Part shown: positions 30,296-40,712 of the stretch, piece after piece
How positions within the stretch are numbered: position 1 is the first letter of the stretch
Layout: every line of letters begins with the position of its first letter
From: Nitrospirota bacterium
Lineage (GTDB): Bacteria > Nitrospirota > UBA9217
DNA length: 64,000 nt
Direction: 5' to 3'
Assembly (NCBI GenBank): GCA_963663225.1
Contig: OY760142.1
Coordinates: forward strand, 2,752,001-2,816,000
Program-made: the position numbers and the translations under genes
Notes under the pieces: generated by a model
What the model was told of the DNA's origin: nothing
The model's input: only the letters and a program-made list of their open reading frames with translations
Databases searched by the model: none

Positions 30296-31500
30296 ACCTG
30301 TTTGAAACGTTCAGGGTCGCGTTTGAAGCAATCCAGTCGAACAAAGTCAGATCCGGCCTTACTATGCTTGGTGTCATCATTGGTGTAATGGCTGTAATTC
30401 TGCTCGTATCAATCGGCGAAGGAGCGAGAATTTACATCACCAAAGAGCTTACCGGACTTGGTACCAATCTGCTTATTATTACGCCGGGCAAAACCAGCAC
30501 CAGCGGAGGATTTCATCCACCATCCGCCGGGACCGTCAGAAAATTAACGTACGATGATGCACTCGCATTGAAGAGGAGGGCCTGGTTGCTGAGTGACGCT
30601 GTTCCGATCGTTTTCGGTACGGGCCGTGTGAAGTATCTGAATCATGCACGCGATACGACAATTATCGGCACAACACCAGAATTCGAACGCGTAAGGAACC
30701 TCTATGTAGATTCCGGAGCATTTGTCACCGAGCAGGATGTTGATTCAAAAGCCAAAGTCGTCGTGCTCGGCAGGACGGTGAAAGACGAACTGTTCGGCCT
30801 TGAAAACCCTCTCGGCAAAGTCGTGATGCTTTCCGATGCACGGTATCGGGTCGTTGGTGTTATGAGAAAAAAGGGGACAAGTCTTGGATGGGACATTGAT
30901 GATGTTGTATTTATCCCCACAACCAGCGGCCAGGAACTTTTTGATACCGACGGGTTGTTCGAGATTATAGCTTCTACTCCGCGAACGGAAGACACAGAAC
31001 GGGCCATAGCCCAGATCAAAGACATTCTCATCAGACGGCACGCTCACAAAGAGGATTTTACGATCGTGACGCAGGGTGCCATGCTGTCGACCATGAATAC
31101 CATTTTAAATGTTTTGACCGCGGTCCTCGGCGGAATCGCCGGCATCTCCCTTCTGGTGGGAGGCATCGGCATCATGAATATCATGCTGGTTTCCGTCAGG
31201 GAACGCACACGGGAAATAGGAATCCGCAAGGCCCTCGGCGCCCGAAACAAAGACATTATGGCCCAGTTCATGATCGAAGCCATAACACTAAGCGGAGCAG
31301 GCGGATTGATCGGCATACTGGCAGGAGTGGGCCTGGCTCTTCTTATTCCCGTATTTATTGATGTTCTTCCAACCAGTGTTTCGGCTTGGTCCATTATCAT
31401 GGCGTTTTCGTTTTCTGCCGCTGTTGGTGTTTTTTTCGGAGTTTATCCCGCACGCAAGGCCGCTCTCCAGGATCCTATACAAGCCCTTCGCTACGAATAA
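30292..31500 (+). CDS. ABC transporter permease (MacB/FtsX-like)
   Basis: RS.LTMLGVIIG, LLVGGIGIMNIMLVSV.ERTREIGIRKALGA, YPARKAA..DPI.ALRYE. Confidence 0.95.
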   Translation: MNLFETFRVAFEAIQSNKVRSGLTMLGVIIGVMAVILLVSIGEGARIYITKELTGLGTNLLIITPGKTSTSGGFHPPSAGTVRKLTYDDALALKRRAWLLSDAVPIVFGTGRVKYLNHARDTTIIGTTPEFERVRNLYVDSGAFVTEQDVDSKAKVVVLGRTVKDELFGLENPLGKVVMLSDARYRVVGVMRKKGTSLGWDIDDVVFIPTTSGQELFDTDGLFEIIASTPRTEDTERAIAQIKDILIRRHAHKEDFTIVTQGAMLSTMNTILNVLTAVLGGIAGISLLVGGIGIMNIMLVSVRERTREIGIRKALGARNKDIMAQFMIEAITLSGAGGLIGILAGVGLALLIPVFIDVLPTSVSAWSIIMAFSFSAAVGVFFGVYPARKAALQDPIQALRYE

Positions 31501-31650
31501 TTTTTTGCGTAAACATAAAAAAATTGTTTTTGCTTTTTTTATGTGAATTTTACCTTGATTAATATTGTACACTAAAGTATTATATCGTTCATTTATTTGT
31601 TAGTAACAATTTTTATTGCATGGTTAAAATAATTATCTGCGGTTTCCACT

Positions 31651-34600
31651 ATGGAAAAAAACTTAACTTCACTCGCCAAAATATCGCGTCCCAGGCTGAC
31701 CAGCGTCCTGCCGAGAGAAAGACTTTTTTCAGCCATGGACAAGAACAAAAAGAAACCTGTTACCTGGATAACAGGACCGGCTGGCTCAGGGAAAACCACC
31801 CTTGCAGCCAGCTATCTCGATAAACATAAAATTCCCTGCCTGTGGTACCAGCTTGATGAAAATGATGATGATCTGGCTACTTTTTTCTATTACATGGGGG
31901 TCGCTGCCTGGAAAGCGGCTCCCCGGTATAAAAAACATCTTCCATACCTGTCGCCGGAATACATGCCGGGTATTTCCGTATTTTGTCAAAAATTTTTTGA
32001 AGCACTCTGTTCCCGGCTGAAACCGCCTTTTGCCATTGTATTCGACAATTATCATGAAGTTCCGAACGACTCGATGCTTCATACCGTCCTCTTCCACCTG
32101 TTGGCAAGGGTCCCGGAGGGTATCCGGGTTTTCGTCATGAGCAGAAATGAGATGCCCTCTTCGCATATCCGGCTTCGTGCGAATGAATCTGTTCATCTCG
32201 TCGGATGGAGCGATCTTCGTTTTACACTTGCTGAATCAACACGGATTATTCAAAAAAAAGAAACAAAGAAGCTCACCAAGGACGCTATTTCATTATTGCA
32301 CGAAAAAACGGAAGGATGGATCGCGGGCCTTATATTGCTTATTGAAAGCTCAAAAATGCAGGGCCTTGATTACCGGGTACTCAAAAAGATCACCCCACAG
32401 GATATCTTTGAGTATTTTGCATCTGAAATTTTCAGAAATAGCGGCCAGGAAATTCAGGAATTTCTCCTGAAAACGGCTTTTTTGACCTCTACCACTGCCC
32501 AGATGGCCGAAGCACTCACCGGCGTAAGACATTCCGGAAAAATATTGTCACAACTGCATGCCGACAATTATTTTATCGAGAAGCATCAGGAACCGCATGT
32601 GTCCTATCATTATCATCCGCTCTTCAAGGATTTTCTGATTGCCCAGGCAAAGCTCAAGTATTCACACGATGCAGTACTGTCAATACAGCGGCATTCCGCT
32701 GTTGTCTTGGCTGAATCAGGACACACAGAAGACGCCGCTGCGCTGCTGATCGAAATGAAAAACTGGGAAGAACTCATCCCGCTGATCCTTGATTACGCTC
32801 AATTGCTGATCAATCAGGGACGTTGCAAAACATTGCGTGAATGGCTTGCCGCAATACCTCAATCTTTAATAGACGCTACTCCTGGACTTCTCTATTGGGA
32901 GGGGATTTGCAGGTTATCAATCAACCCGGTCGAAAGCCGCACTTTTTTTGAGAGAGCATTCCATATCTTCAATGCAAACGGAAATAAAGCAGGTTCGCTC
33001 TCTGCGTGGTCTGGAGCGGTGGATACTTTTTTGTTCGAATATAATGTCTTAAAACCGCTTGATCCATGGATTACCTGGCTGGACGAACATATTGCTGAAG
33101 AATCAACGTATCCGTCTTTACAAATAGAAACACGGGTGTCCTTGAGCATGGCCGGTGCTTTAGCATGGAGGATGCCTGATCATCCCTGCATAAAAGAGTG
33201 GGTAAGCAAAGCTGTTCTGTTGTCCCAAAAAACCAATAATAATAATCAGTCATTGCAAGCATATCAGCATATCTCGTATCTTATGCTGATGGGCAGGTTT
33301 GAGGACTGCGCTCTTTTTGTAAAAGATATGAAACAGAAAGCGCGTTTACATGAGTTTTCACCGTTAGAAAAAATTTCTTTACTAATGGTCGAATCCGTCC
33401 TCTGCCAATTGACCTCGGAGTCGGCTTCCAAAGGCGTAGGACTCATCAAGGATTGTATAAAAATTGCCGAAGAAACGGGACTCCATATTCTAGATCCCGC
33501 TATTCTTGGGCATGGGGTATATACGTTTCTAAGTGCTGGCGACACGGAATCCGCCGGAAAATTCCTCGCAGAGCTGGAAAAAACCGTGGATAGCGACCGA
33601 CGGATGCACACTGCTCATTATTATCATATAGCAGCATGGTATCATCAGGTTATTGGCGATTACCATCAGGCAGTTGCTCTTGCAAGAAAAGCCGTTGCTC
33701 TTATTGAAGAAGCAGGGGCCCCGTTTCCAGGAGCATACGCCAGACTTGGGCTTGCCCTCGCGCTGCACGAGACCGGAGATGATGGGGAAGCATTCAACCA
33801 TCTTGCAGCTGCAAAAGAAATGAGCAGCCGTACAGGAAGCATGTACCTGAAATATTTGACGCACCTTGCTTCCGCTCATTTTGCTTTTGACAATGCCAGT
33901 GACGAAGAAGGCAGGGAGGCTGTCCGGAACGCCATGCTCTGCGGACGTCAGAACAATTATACCGCCCTCGTGAATTTTTGGCGACCGGATATCATGGCCG
34001 GCATTTGTTGTAAAGCACTTGAAGCAGGCATTGAAACGATATACGTGCAGAAGCTCATACGGCAACTTGATCTTGTCCCTGATGTGCCATCTTCCGAAGT
34101 TGAGGTCTGGCCATGGGAAATTAAAATCAAGACCTTCGATACCTTTGAAATCTGGCGGGACGGAAAACGCCTGGAATTTTCCGTTAAAGCACCCCGTAAA
34201 CTTCTCGCCATGCTGAAGCTGCTTATCGCATGTGGACCCAAGGGTGCGGGCCAGGAAGAACTTGCGGATATGCTTTGGCCGGAATCCGGCGGTGATGTGG
34301 CCCTTCAGGCACTCGATACGAACCTCCATCGTCTTCGGCAACTGCTGAAGCATGAAAAAGTCATTCAGGTGAGAGAAGGCCGGATAAAATTTGATCCTCA
34401 ACGATGCTGGATAGACGCCCATGCATTTGAAGAAATGCTCCGTTGCGCAGATGATAAACTAAAACCCGGATTGAACGGCAAAACATGCAACAGTAAAAGA
34501 CAGCAGGAGGGAATCCAACTGTTGGAACGCGCCACCAAACTTTACACCGGTCCATTTCTGGACAAAACTCCTGAACCATGGGCACTCGCGTATCGGGAAA

Positions 34601-34884
34601 GGCTCAGAATAAAGTATCTCAAAGCCGTTCAACGGCTGGGTCTGCATTTTGAGCACAAAGGGTATTTCGATCATGCCGTTAACTGGTATGAAAAAAGCCT
34701 CGAGATTGACGACGTGTCTGAGCCCATCTATCAAAACCTTATGAAATGCTACGGAACTATGGGGCGTACTGCGGAGGCCGTTTCCCTGTATCAGAGGTGC
34801 AGAAGGACCCTGAAGACCGTCCTCAGAATAGATCCATCTCCTGAAACAGAATCTCTTTATAAATCACTTATTTCCAACCGCTAA
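31651..34884 (+). CDS. MalT-type STAND NTPase regulator with TPR region and C-terminal wHTH/BTAD (SARP) domain
   Basis: KI.RP....R.RL, GPAGSGKTTL, WYQLD..DDD, FDNYH, TEGW.AGL, YHPLF.DFL; C-terminal LADMLWP..., L.RLR.LL, W.D..AFE, LY.G.FL, E..YQ.LM.CY, PSPET. Confidence 0.85.
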   Translation: MEKNLTSLAKISRPRLTSVLPRERLFSAMDKNKKKPVTWITGPAGSGKTTLAASYLDKHKIPCLWYQLDENDDDLATFFYYMGVAAWKAAPRYKKHLPYLSPEYMPGISVFCQKFFEALCSRLKPPFAIVFDNYHEVPNDSMLHTVLFHLLARVPEGIRVFVMSRNEMPSSHIRLRANESVHLVGWSDLRFTLAESTRIIQKKETKKLTKDAISLLHEKTEGWIAGLILLIESSKMQGLDYRVLKKITPQDIFEYFASEIFRNSGQEIQEFLLKTAFLTSTTAQMAEALTGVRHSGKILSQLHADNYFIEKHQEPHVSYHYHPLFKDFLIAQAKLKYSHDAVLSIQRHSAVVLAESGHTEDAAALLIEMKNWEELIPLILDYAQLLINQGRCKTLREWLAAIPQSLIDATPGLLYWEGICRLSINPVESRTFFERAFHIFNANGNKAGSLSAWSGAVDTFLFEYNVLKPLDPWITWLDEHIAEESTYPSLQIETRVSLSMAGALAWRMPDHPCIKEWVSKAVLLSQKTNNNNQSLQAYQHISYLMLMGRFEDCALFVKDMKQKARLHEFSPLEKISLLMVESVLCQLTSESASKGVGLIKDCIKIAEETGLHILDPAILGHGVYTFLSAGDTESAGKFLAELEKTVDSDRRMHTAHYYHIAAWYHQVIGDYHQAVALARKAVALIEEAGAPFPGAYARLGLALALHETGDDGEAFNHLAAAKEMSSRTGSMYLKYLTHLASAHFAFDNASDEEGREAVRNAMLCGRQNNYTALVNFWRPDIMAGICCKALEAGIETIYVQKLIRQLDLVPDVPSSEVEVWPWEIKIKTFDTFEIWRDGKRLEFSVKAPRKLLAMLKLLIACGPKGAGQEELADMLWPESGGDVALQALDTNLHRLRQLLKHEKVIQVREGRIKFDPQRCWIDAHAFEEMLRCADDKLKPGLNGKTCNSKRQQEGIQLLERATKLYTGPFLDKTPEPWALAYRERLRIKYLKAVQRLGLHFEHKGYFDHAVNWYEKSLEIDDVSEPIYQNLMKCYGTMGRTAEAVSLYQRCRRTLKTVLRIDPSPETESLYKSLISNR

Positions 34885-34980
34885 TACCTGTCTCTCATCT
34901 TGGTACTACTAGTTTTTTTGACAAAAAATATCATGTTTTCAATAAAGAAGCTTGAACTATGGTTATAATTTCCCTTCTCT

Positions 34981-34997
34981 TGTAAGCTATCTGTAAG
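34981..34997 (+). promoter_or_regulatory. TGTAAG direct repeat (11-bp period), probable SARP/wHTH activator site upstream of a -10 element
   Basis: TGTAAG-CTATC-TGTAAG followed 11 nt later by TATAAA preceded by TGG. Confidence 0.55.
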
Positions 34998-35062
34998 TTA
35001 CCCTCTGGTATAAATCCCGCATAACGTACCGCAATAATCAATTCCACAATGATCAGAAAGGT

Positions 35063-35269
35063 TTGATGACCATGGATAGTTATATCGTCCGCGTATACCG
35101 TTTTGACCGTTCGAAACCCCGCGCCATTATCGGCGTGGTTGAAGAAGCCGGCAGCGACGATAAAAAAGCTTTCATGAATATAGATGAATTATGGAAGATA
35201 CTAAATCCGCACTGCGATAAACCGCGGAAAAAGATACGAGAACAGAAAATGGCAAATTTACAAAGGTGA
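35063..35269 (+). CDS. Small hypothetical protein downstream of the STAND/BTAD regulator
   Basis: MDSYIVRVYR...IIGVVEEAG...KKAF.NIDELW.IL: globular beta-beta-beta-alpha-like pattern, GAAAGG SD. Confidence 0.7.
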   Translation: MMTMDSYIVRVYRFDRSKPRAIIGVVEEAGSDDKKAFMNIDELWKILNPHCDKPRKKIREQKMANLQR

Positions 35270-35328
35270 TCGAAAACATTGTGAACTTTCAATATTGAAA
35301 GCACTATATCACATAAAAGGGGGACTTT

Positions 35329-35973
35329 ATGAGAAGAGCTTTTATTTCAATAATTGTGATGTTGGCGTTGTCGTGCATCATTACGTCTTGCGGTGGTGGC
35401 GATGGTGCTTCTCCGGTTAAATTCAGTGAAAATTTCGAATCATATTCTCTTGCAAATCCATGGACACCGGTAGGATGGACCAGTGCCGGAGGATCAACCT
35501 GGGCAATCGTGTCTGACTCCGGAAATAAGGTCTTAAGCCATGTTCTAACAAGCGGTGTCCTGACGTCGAACATTTATAGTGGAAACAATTATACCGTATC
35601 AGCAAAAATAAAACCAGGGAACACGGCAACGTGCACCGGGATAATCGCGCGTTTTGTGGATGCTTCCAATTATTTTATGCTGAGCATTGAAACTCCGGGA
35701 AGTTTGGTACTTCGAAAATACTCTTCGGGTACCGGGTATGCGCCAGTTTCTTCAACTTTTACATTTAACACGACAACCTACTATACATTAACCTTGCAAG
35801 TAAATGGTAATAACATTTCAGGAAACGTGAGCGATGGAGTCACTACCGCATCGGTAAGCTTTACCGATGATGGTGCCACATATGGACCACTTATAAACTC
35901 CGGTAGAATCGGAGTTGCTGAGTTGATCCAGACTGGTACATATTTTGACGATATTCTCGTCACAGAACCATGA
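35329..35973 (+). CDS. Lipoprotein with concanavalin-A-like (LamG/DUF1080-type) beta-sandwich
   Basis: Lipobox ITSC-GGGDG; FSENFES, NYTVSAKIK, G...RF.D..NY, SG.IG, YFDDI.V. Confidence 0.65.
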   Translation: MRRAFISIIVMLALSCIITSCGGGDGASPVKFSENFESYSLANPWTPVGWTSAGGSTWAIVSDSGNKVLSHVLTSGVLTSNIYSGNNYTVSAKIKPGNTATCTGIIARFVDASNYFMLSIETPGSLVLRKYSSGTGYAPVSSTFTFNTTTYYTLTLQVNGNNISGNVSDGVTTASVSFTDDGATYGPLINSGRIGVAELIQTGTYFDDILVTEP

Positions 35974-36019
35974 ACCGACATTTACCATATGATATCGTTG
36001 CTGCAAAAATGAGAACCAT

Positions 36020-36397
36020 ATGAAAAATATTCTCATTATAGATGATAATCGGATGCTTCGAAACTCAATTTCTGAATATCTTGGTTTCATGATCCAAGGC
36101 TGCACCATAATGACCGCGGAAGATGGTCAAAGTGGTATAGAATTGCTGAAATTGAATCCGGTGAATCTTGTGTTGACCGACCTCGAGATGCCGGGAATAG
36201 ATGGTTATCAGGTCATCGATTATGCAAAAAAAAATCATCCGGATATTCCTGTAATTATTATGACAGGGTCCTGGTCAGCCGACTTGAGCCAACTCGTGTC
36301 GAAAACCGGTATTGTGCGTTGTCTGGAAAAGCCATTTCGCTTTGAAGACCTTAATGAAATGATACAGGAGGTTCTTAAAGAGGATCGAATACTGTAG
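36020..36397 (+). CDS. Single-domain response regulator
   Basis: ILIIDD, LTDLEMPG.DG, IMTG, KPF. Confidence 0.9.
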   Translation: MKNILIIDDNRMLRNSISEYLGFMIQGCTIMTAEDGQSGIELLKLNPVNLVLTDLEMPGIDGYQVIDYAKKNHPDIPVIIMTGSWSADLSQLVSKTGIVRCLEKPFRFEDLNEMIQEVLKEDRIL

Positions 36398-36441
36398 ATT
36401 GCCTGACGTCCTGATTAAAACAAGCATCGGGGGGAAAGAAC

Positions 36442-38526
36442 ATGAAAACAATTTTGAAGCTTATGGCAATCCTTCTCATAGTCACAGCTTTTCTTGCAGG
36501 CTGTGGCGGAAGTGGTGGTGGGAGCAGCTACGTCGGCGCGGGCCAAAGCGGTACTCCGCGTTTTGCTTATGTCACGAATCATGATTCGGATATTATTTCA
36601 ATTTATGCGATAGATCCCGCAACCGGAAGATGGCGCTATATCGGCATGCAATATAGCGATACCTATCCTATCTCGATCGTGGTTTCCCCTTCAGGGAAAT
36701 ACGCGTATTCAGCAAACAATACATTCGGAAGAATATCTCAATATAAAGTCAACCAGACCACAGGACAGTTGGAATTCTTTATTGGTCCGAACACGGGATC
36801 AGATCCACGGTGTATCGCAATCGATCCGTCAGAGCGGTTTGTATATGTCGCGAATCATGGTTCGAATAATATCTCGCTTTATACCATCAACCCCTCAAAT
36901 GGACAGTTGACGGCTGGAACAGCTACGAACGCAGGTACAAATCCGATCTTTATTATAAGCCATCCAACCGGAAAGTTCGCGTATGCGGTCAATTACGGCT
37001 CCAACAACGTGTCAGTCTATTCCATCAATCAGTCGACTGGTGTACTGAGCCTTATTGATATCACCAATACTGGTATTCAACCTACAGCAGCGGCCATAGA
37101 TCCCTCGGGTAAATTTTTGTACGTGACAAACTCTGGCGCGAATACGGTTTCCGCCTATACCATTAATCAGGCAACCGGTGCCTTGATACCGGTTCCGGGA
37201 CTTGCAGCGGGCGCCGGAATGTCACCCATGTCCATCGCGATTGATCCAACCGGTAAGTTTGCGTTTGTTGCAAATTGGGGCGGCACGGTATCAGTCTATA
37301 CCATCAATGCAAGCACCGGAGCCTTGACCTCGGGCACGGCCGTGGCCGCCGGCACGAATCCGCTGTATGTCAAAGTCGATCCTTCCGGCACGTTCGTCTA
37401 TGTTGCGAATGTAAACGGCCATACGATTTCGTACTATTCCGTCAACCAGACCAGCGGAGCATTGACAGCATCCGGCACAATTTCGTCACGCGAAGGATCT
37501 TCCATTGCAATACTGGCCGGAACATCCCCGGTCAGATATGTGCCGAAAATGCTCTATACCTCCTACTTCAACGGATCCTATGTGTCCACTCACGCGATAG
37601 ATGAGAATACCGGCATCCTTGAAGAAATAGCGGGTTCTCCGTCACCCGCAGGTGATCATCCTGCCGGTATCGTTGTTGATCCTTCCAATCGGTACGCCTA
37701 TCTGCCGAATGCGTATGATGCCACGGTCTCGATATTTAGAATCCTCGCTTCAGGGGAATTGTACCTGCCACCGACTACCGTGCCTGCACAGGTTTATCCT
37801 GCCGACATCGCAGTTGACCCTGCGGGTAGATTTGCGTACGTGGTCAATACGAATTCCGACAGCATTTCGATGTATACTATAAACTTTAGTATGGCCAGTC
37901 ATCTCATATCATTCGGAACCACTGGTACGAGCGATGAGCCGATGTATGTCAGCATAGATCCGCTCGGTCGTTTCCTTTACGTATCCCACCCAACGATAGA
38001 CACAATTTCAGTTTATACGATAAATCAGATGAGCGGGGCGCTGACGCTGCAGGCATCCATGGCGGCAGGCGATTCCCCGCGCCGCGTCTCGTTCGATCCG
38101 ACCGGGAAATATGCCTATGTTCCCGTCCGGTATGATGACAATATCTCAGTTTATGCAATCAACCAGACAAATGGTACCTTGACGTTTCAGGGTTCTGCTG
38201 CAACGGGATACAACCCAACGTCAATTACCATCGACCCATCAGGCAGATTTGCCTACGTAATGTATGAGAGCGCCTACAACGTCTCTGCCTTCAGAATAAA
38301 TCCTTCCACCGGTCTGCTGACTGCAGGGCCAGATGCACCCGGGTATGGGGGGTGGAATATTATTGCCGATCCGTCCGGGAAGTTCGTCTATGCCGCCAAT
38401 GGTCAGGGGTTTGATACGTTTTCGATTTACACTATCAACCAGACGACCGGCGACTTGGTTCATCAGCGTGAGGTAAATACCGGCGCATACCCCGGAACTA
38501 TGTCGTTTCTCGTTGAGGCGCGATAA
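36442..38526 (+). CDS. Lipoprotein with tandem lactonase-family 7-bladed beta-propellers
   Basis: Lipobox LAGC-GGSGGGSS; about 14 repeats of P..IA.DPSGKFAYV.N.....IS.Y.INQ.TG.L. Confidence 0.85.
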   Translation: MKTILKLMAILLIVTAFLAGCGGSGGGSSYVGAGQSGTPRFAYVTNHDSDIISIYAIDPATGRWRYIGMQYSDTYPISIVVSPSGKYAYSANNTFGRISQYKVNQTTGQLEFFIGPNTGSDPRCIAIDPSERFVYVANHGSNNISLYTINPSNGQLTAGTATNAGTNPIFIISHPTGKFAYAVNYGSNNVSVYSINQSTGVLSLIDITNTGIQPTAAAIDPSGKFLYVTNSGANTVSAYTINQATGALIPVPGLAAGAGMSPMSIAIDPTGKFAFVANWGGTVSVYTINASTGALTSGTAVAAGTNPLYVKVDPSGTFVYVANVNGHTISYYSVNQTSGALTASGTISSREGSSIAILAGTSPVRYVPKMLYTSYFNGSYVSTHAIDENTGILEEIAGSPSPAGDHPAGIVVDPSNRYAYLPNAYDATVSIFRILASGELYLPPTTVPAQVYPADIAVDPAGRFAYVVNTNSDSISMYTINFSMASHLISFGTTGTSDEPMYVSIDPLGRFLYVSHPTIDTISVYTINQMSGALTLQASMAAGDSPRRVSFDPTGKYAYVPVRYDDNISVYAINQTNGTLTFQGSAATGYNPTSITIDPSGRFAYVMYESAYNVSAFRINPSTGLLTAGPDAPGYGGWNIIADPSGKFVYAANGQGFDTFSIYTINQTTGDLVHQREVNTGAYPGTMSFLVEAR

Positions 38527-38606
38527 CGATAAAAAACTGTTCAAAAAAAATGCCATTTCGTTGACTTGATTACATCAGATTACTCAGAAAAAATAGGGGG
38601 ACCGTT

Positions 38607-40712
38607 ATGAACAATATCTCAAGATCTATAATTATATTTATTATGTTATCAGTTGTACTCGCAGCTTGCGGCAGTGGAGGAGGCAACAGCGGCAGCAATA
38701 CTTCTTCTCTATCAAATCTGGTTACAAATGGAACAGTAATAACAATGGCTGTGGGGCAAGACGGGACCACGTACATCGGCGGTGATTTTACCTTTGTCGG
38801 CCCTGCTACAGGAGGAAGCGCTTCCATAAATGCAATATCCGGGACCATCACGTCGTCATTTCCCAAAGTACTTGGTCTTGTACAGGCTATTGTGCCGGAC
38901 GGCAGCGGTGGCTGGTATATCGGCGGTATCTTTACATATGTCGGTGGCGTGGCAAGAAATAATATTGCTCATATTCTTGCCAATAATACTGTTGATACGG
39001 CATGGAATCCTGATGCAAACAGCGGTATTTATGCCCTTGCGTTAAACGGCACTACCTTGTATGCGGGGGGTGGCTTTTCTGTTATCGGCGGCCAGTCCAG
39101 AAACCGTATTGCCGCACTTGATACAGCAACCGGAACCGCCACGAGCTGGAATCCTAATGCAGGATCGTACGTCTTTACTCTTGTGATAAGCGGAACAACG
39201 GTTTATGTGGGCGGTAATTTCACGACCATAGGAACAGCAACAAGGAATCGTATAGCAGCGATTGATATTTCTACTGGAGCTCCGACCACGTGGGATCCGA
39301 ACGCGAATGACACCGTCAATACCATTACCGTAAGCGGTTCTATGGTTTATGCGGGCGGCAGTTTTACCAGCATTGGAGGAGCATCCAGAAACCGTATAGC
39401 AGCGATTGATAGTTCGGGTGCTGCGACTACCTGGAACCCGAATGCAAACAATACAGTAAATACTATTGTTGTGAACGGGAGTACGATATACGCAGGCGGA
39501 CTGTTTACCAATATTGGGGGAGTGGCAAGAACTTCTATAGCTGCTCTTAACAATACGACCGGGAATGCATTAAGTTGGGATGCAAACATGACCGGCGGAG
39601 GTGTGTATACGCTTACTCTTGATGGAAGTATCGTTTATGTCGGCGGCGGATTTGGGAATATCGGAGCAGCGGAAAGACGATATGTTGGAGCATTTGACAC
39701 AACAACAGGCCTTGCCACTTCTTGGGATCCACGAGCCAACGGCAATGTCCTTGCCATCGCCGTAAGCGGGAGTACGGTATGTGCCGGCGGGACTTTTACG
39801 AGCATGAATGCCCAGGTGAGAGCATACATTGCAGCAATTGACGCTTCGGGCGCCCTGAAGGCCTGGAACCCAAATGCAGGGTCTCTTGTATATGCGCTTG
39901 CCGTAAATGGAAATACCGTCTACGCAGGGGGTGTTTTTAGCGCCATTGGCGGACAAACGAGAAATTATATCGCGGCGCTTGATGCTACAACAGGACTGGC
40001 GACCAGTTGGAATCCAAATGCCAACGACACTGTCCGCGCTTTCGCTGTGAGCGGAAATACCGTCTACGCAGGGGGTGACTTTCTGAACATAGGCTCAGCA
40101 GCCAGAAACCGCATTGCTGCACTTGATGCCGTCACAGGAAATGCCGCTGCCTGGAATCCTAACGCGAACAATACTGTTTATACTCTTATTGCGAATGGAA
40201 GCGTTGTGTATACCGGAGGAGATTTTACCAATATCGGTGGAGCACTGAGAAACCATATAGCAGCGATTGACAATTCATCGGGCATTGCAACTGCCTGGAA
40301 TCCAAATGCTGATATGAGTGTTATTGCTCTTGCAATACAGGGAAATACCGTGTATGCAGGCGGCGGATTCGGAAATATCGGCGGTGCGGCTAGATTTGCT
40401 ATTGCGGCTCTTGATGCGACAACCGGTAATGCTACCAGTTGGAATGCCGGTGGCAGCGGCGTGGTACGAGGAATTGGGATAAATGGAGGTACCGTATATG
40501 CAGGAGGAGATTTTACAAATTTCGCCGGACTCACAAGGAATTATCTTGTCGCTCTTGATGCCGCAACCGGCAGTGTCATCACATCCTGGAATCCCAATGC
40601 TGACGACAAGGTCTATGCTCTTGTCATGAACGGTGGCACCGTGTATGCCGGCGGTGACTTTACACATATAGGCATGGATCCATTTGCTAAATTAGTTAAC
40701 ATATATCAATAA
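38607..40712 (+). CDS. Repeat-rich beta-propeller lipoprotein (probable surface protein)
   Basis: Lipobox LAAC-GSGGGNSG; about 12 repeats of about 47 aa WNPNAN..V..LA..G.TVYAGG.FT.IGG..RN.IAALD..TG.AT. Confidence 0.8.
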   Translation: MNNISRSIIIFIMLSVVLAACGSGGGNSGSNTSSLSNLVTNGTVITMAVGQDGTTYIGGDFTFVGPATGGSASINAISGTITSSFPKVLGLVQAIVPDGSGGWYIGGIFTYVGGVARNNIAHILANNTVDTAWNPDANSGIYALALNGTTLYAGGGFSVIGGQSRNRIAALDTATGTATSWNPNAGSYVFTLVISGTTVYVGGNFTTIGTATRNRIAAIDISTGAPTTWDPNANDTVNTITVSGSMVYAGGSFTSIGGASRNRIAAIDSSGAATTWNPNANNTVNTIVVNGSTIYAGGLFTNIGGVARTSIAALNNTTGNALSWDANMTGGGVYTLTLDGSIVYVGGGFGNIGAAERRYVGAFDTTTGLATSWDPRANGNVLAIAVSGSTVCAGGTFTSMNAQVRAYIAAIDASGALKAWNPNAGSLVYALAVNGNTVYAGGVFSAIGGQTRNYIAALDATTGLATSWNPNANDTVRAFAVSGNTVYAGGDFLNIGSAARNRIAALDAVTGNAAAWNPNANNTVYTLIANGSVVYTGGDFTNIGGALRNHIAAIDNSSGIATAWNPNADMSVIALAIQGNTVYAGGGFGNIGGAARFAIAALDATTGNATSWNAGGSGVVRGIGINGGTVYAGGDFTNFAGLTRNYLVALDAATGSVITSWNPNADDKVYALVMNGGTVYAGGDFTHIGMDPFAKLVNIYQ

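Noticed and set aside
33529-34422. 297-aa minus-strand ORF
   Set aside because: Antisense to the STAND/BTAD regulator; no motifs
36600-40650. Periodic DNA repeats (e.g. TGGAATCC.AATGC, GATCC.TC.GG) as a possible CRISPR array
   Set aside because: In-frame, wobble-degenerate protein repeats with about 140-nt period; no cas genes
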